Origin: an uncultured Spirochaetaceae bacterium
GTDB lineage: Bacteria > Spirochaetota > Spirochaetia > CADAEX01
NCBI GenBank assembly: GCA_902787125.1
Contig: CADAEX010000003.1
Location: forward strand, 1-48,154
Direction: 5' to 3'
Length of the DNA stretch: 48,154 nt
Part shown: positions 46,671-48,154 of the stretch, one piece after another
How positions within the stretch are numbered: position 1 is the first letter of the stretch
How the letters are laid out: every line of letters starts with the position of its first letter
The notes under the pieces: generated by a model
The model's input: only the letters and a program-made list of their open reading frames with translations
Databases searched by the model: none
Told to the model about the DNA's origin: nothing
Program-made: the position numbers and the translations under genes

Positions 46671-47735
46671 ATGAAGAAATACCTCTGTATAAACATACTT
46701 GTCCTGATGCTTCTCTGGGGCTGTGCCACATCGAAAGGCAATGTCTACAATGTCTCTCTATATAAGGCTGTGTCACCGGAAGATGGAGTGACATATGTGG
46801 TCGGACACCGGAATCCGGATACCGACACGGTTGGTACAGCAATCGCATATGCAAAGCTCCGCACTGCACTTGGTTTCAACACTGTTGCAGTCATCCCTGG
46901 AAAGCTGAATAAGGAAACTCAGTATCTTCTGGACTATTTCAAGGTTGAGACCCCTGAGCTGCTGGAGGATGCGGCAGGAAAGAACATCATTCTGGTTGAT
47001 CATGCTGACTATCAGCAGGCAGTTCCAAATATGGACAAGGCTAATATTATAGAAGTGCTGGATCATCATCAGCCTGCAGGACTCTCCTTTGAGAACAACC
47101 TTGTCTACCGCAGCGCTCCTATAGGTGCCACTGCCACCATGGTGTACAACGAATACAAGGTGAATCATGTCCATGTTGATAAAAAGACTGCCGGACTTCT
47201 GGCCGCAGCAATTATGTCAGACACAAACAATCTCAAGAAGGAGCGGACCACCGAGGCGGACCGGGTCTACCTGGCTGAGCTGTGCAGGAAGGCAGGAATC
47301 CAGAACCCTAAGAAATTCTTCAAGGCAATGAAGGCTGCAGGCCGGTCTTTCGATGGGCTTACTGATGAGGAGATCATGCTCACCAGCTATAAGGAGTATG
47401 AGTTCAGCGGCCACGTAGTCGGAATAGCAAGTGTGGACAACCCGGACGATGATGCACTGTGGGAGTTTACAGAGCGTATGGATAAGGCTATGGCAGAATA
47501 TGCCCCGAAGACAGATGCAGAGCATATATTCATGAAGCTTGATGCTGATGGCGATGAGGGACAGGAGGATTTCACTGTATTCCTGTACTGTGGCAAGGGG
47601 GCAGAGGAGGTTGCACAAAAAAGCTTCCCAAATTCCCAGGTCATCAACGGCCATATAGTCTGCACACCTAAGCTTAACCGGACCAATGATGTGGTTCCTG
47701 CCCTTAAAGATACATACGAAGGAATGGCTAAATAA
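46671..47735 (+). CDS. DHH/DHHA2 phosphoesterase homologous to family II (Mn-dependent) inorganic pyrophosphatase, with a lipoprotein signal peptide
   Basis: 354 aa. The signal peptide is MKKYLCINILVLMLLWGC (lipobox). It then matches PpaC closely: GHRNPDTDTVGTAIAYAKL..LGFN, ETQYLLDYF, ILVDHAD and EVLDHHQ. A DHHA2 region follows. Confidence 0.8.
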   Translation: MKKYLCINILVLMLLWGCATSKGNVYNVSLYKAVSPEDGVTYVVGHRNPDTDTVGTAIAYAKLRTALGFNTVAVIPGKLNKETQYLLDYFKVETPELLEDAAGKNIILVDHADYQQAVPNMDKANIIEVLDHHQPAGLSFENNLVYRSAPIGATATMVYNEYKVNHVHVDKKTAGLLAAAIMSDTNNLKKERTTEADRVYLAELCRKAGIQNPKKFFKAMKAAGRSFDGLTDEEIMLTSYKEYEFSGHVVGIASVDNPDDDALWEFTERMDKAMAEYAPKTDAEHIFMKLDADGDEGQEDFTVFLYCGKGAEEVAQKSFPNSQVINGHIVCTPKLNRTNDVVPALKDTYEGMAK

Positions 47736-48154
47736 TGAAAATTGTAGTAAAAATCGGAACTTCCACCCTGGCTTATCCCAGCGGAAGGCTCAATATCAGG
47801 CATACTGAGGAGTTATGCAAGATCATAAGCGATCTTAAGAATTCCGGGATAGAGATCATCATGGTCTCATCAGGATCAATAGGAATGGGGACAGGCAAAC
47901 TCTCTCTTAAGGAGAGGCCGTCAGACATGCCTACCAAGCAGGCTGCGGCAGCGGTGGGGCAGTGCGAGCTTATGTACACCTACGACAAGCTTTTCTCCGA
48001 GTACCGGCATACTGTGGCTCAGATACTGGTGACAGCTGAGGATATAGAGCATGAAGAGCGTCATAAGAACTTCTCCAATACCCTGAACCGCCTTCTGGAG
48101 CTTGGTATTATCCCTATCATAAACGAGAATGACTCTATTGCCACCGAGGAGATC
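47735..48154 (+). CDS. proB: glutamate 5-kinase, N-terminal fragment running off the right edge
   Basis: ATG 47735 overlaps the upstream TAA (TAATG). The translation is MKIVVKIGTSTL...MVSSGSIGMG...QAAAAVGQ..LM...IPIINENDSIATEEI, open to the window end (140 codons). Confidence 0.9.
   Translation, partial: MKIVVKIGTSTLAYPSGRLNIRHTEELCKIISDLKNSGIEIIMVSSGSIGMGTGKLSLKERPSDMPTKQAAAAVGQCELMYTYDKLFSEYRHTVAQILVTAEDIEHEERHKNFSNTLNRLLELGIIPIINENDSIATEEI

Noticed and set aside
1-48154. A scan for CRISPR arrays, IS elements, integrases, prophage genes, toxin-antitoxin pairs, recognisable defence systems, and rRNA or tRNA genes.
   Set aside because: None was found. Every intergenic gap longer than 60 nt is explained by promoters and terminators. 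No ORF shows transposase, recombinase, nuclease-NTPase defence or phage structural signatures.

Overview
This is a 48.2-kb, densely coding chromosomal segment. I count about 48 CDS. I found no rRNA, tRNA, CRISPR array, transposase, integrase or phage genes. Most of the content is housekeeping: glyQS (3' end), tyrS, yebC-ruvCAB-queA, an EF-G paralogue, secA, purH (split into two genes), miaB, mfd, trmB, tsaD, ilvE, efp, nifS-nifU (Fe-S assembly type) and proB (5' end). Transporters and envelope proteins are interspersed. The gene set and the many lipoprotein-type signal peptides are reminiscent of a Treponema-like spirochaete, but I cannot verify the taxon without a search. The stand-out locus is 15533-18547, possibly extending to 19010. 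It is a compact three-gene nitrogenase-like cluster: a NifH-type ATPase plus NifD-like and truncated NifK-like component-1 subunits. It lacks the FeMo-cofactor ligands, has no nif maturation genes nearby, and shows no tetrapyrrole or Mar-type context. I read it as an ATP-driven reductase with unassigned substrate. Secondary observations, in window order: (1) a signal-peptide-bearing ankyrin-repeat protein; (2) a two-gene purH; (3) an LCP (LytR-CpsA-Psr) gene broken at an A9 homopolymer; (4) a CsoR repressor with its palindromic operator on the promoter of an atypical P1B ATPase that has no metal-binding domain; (5) a cytidylate-kinase-like/BON fusion; (6) a family-II pyrophosphatase homologue carrying a lipoprotein signal peptide. 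All calls come from reading the translations and the DNA by eye. No database search was possible.
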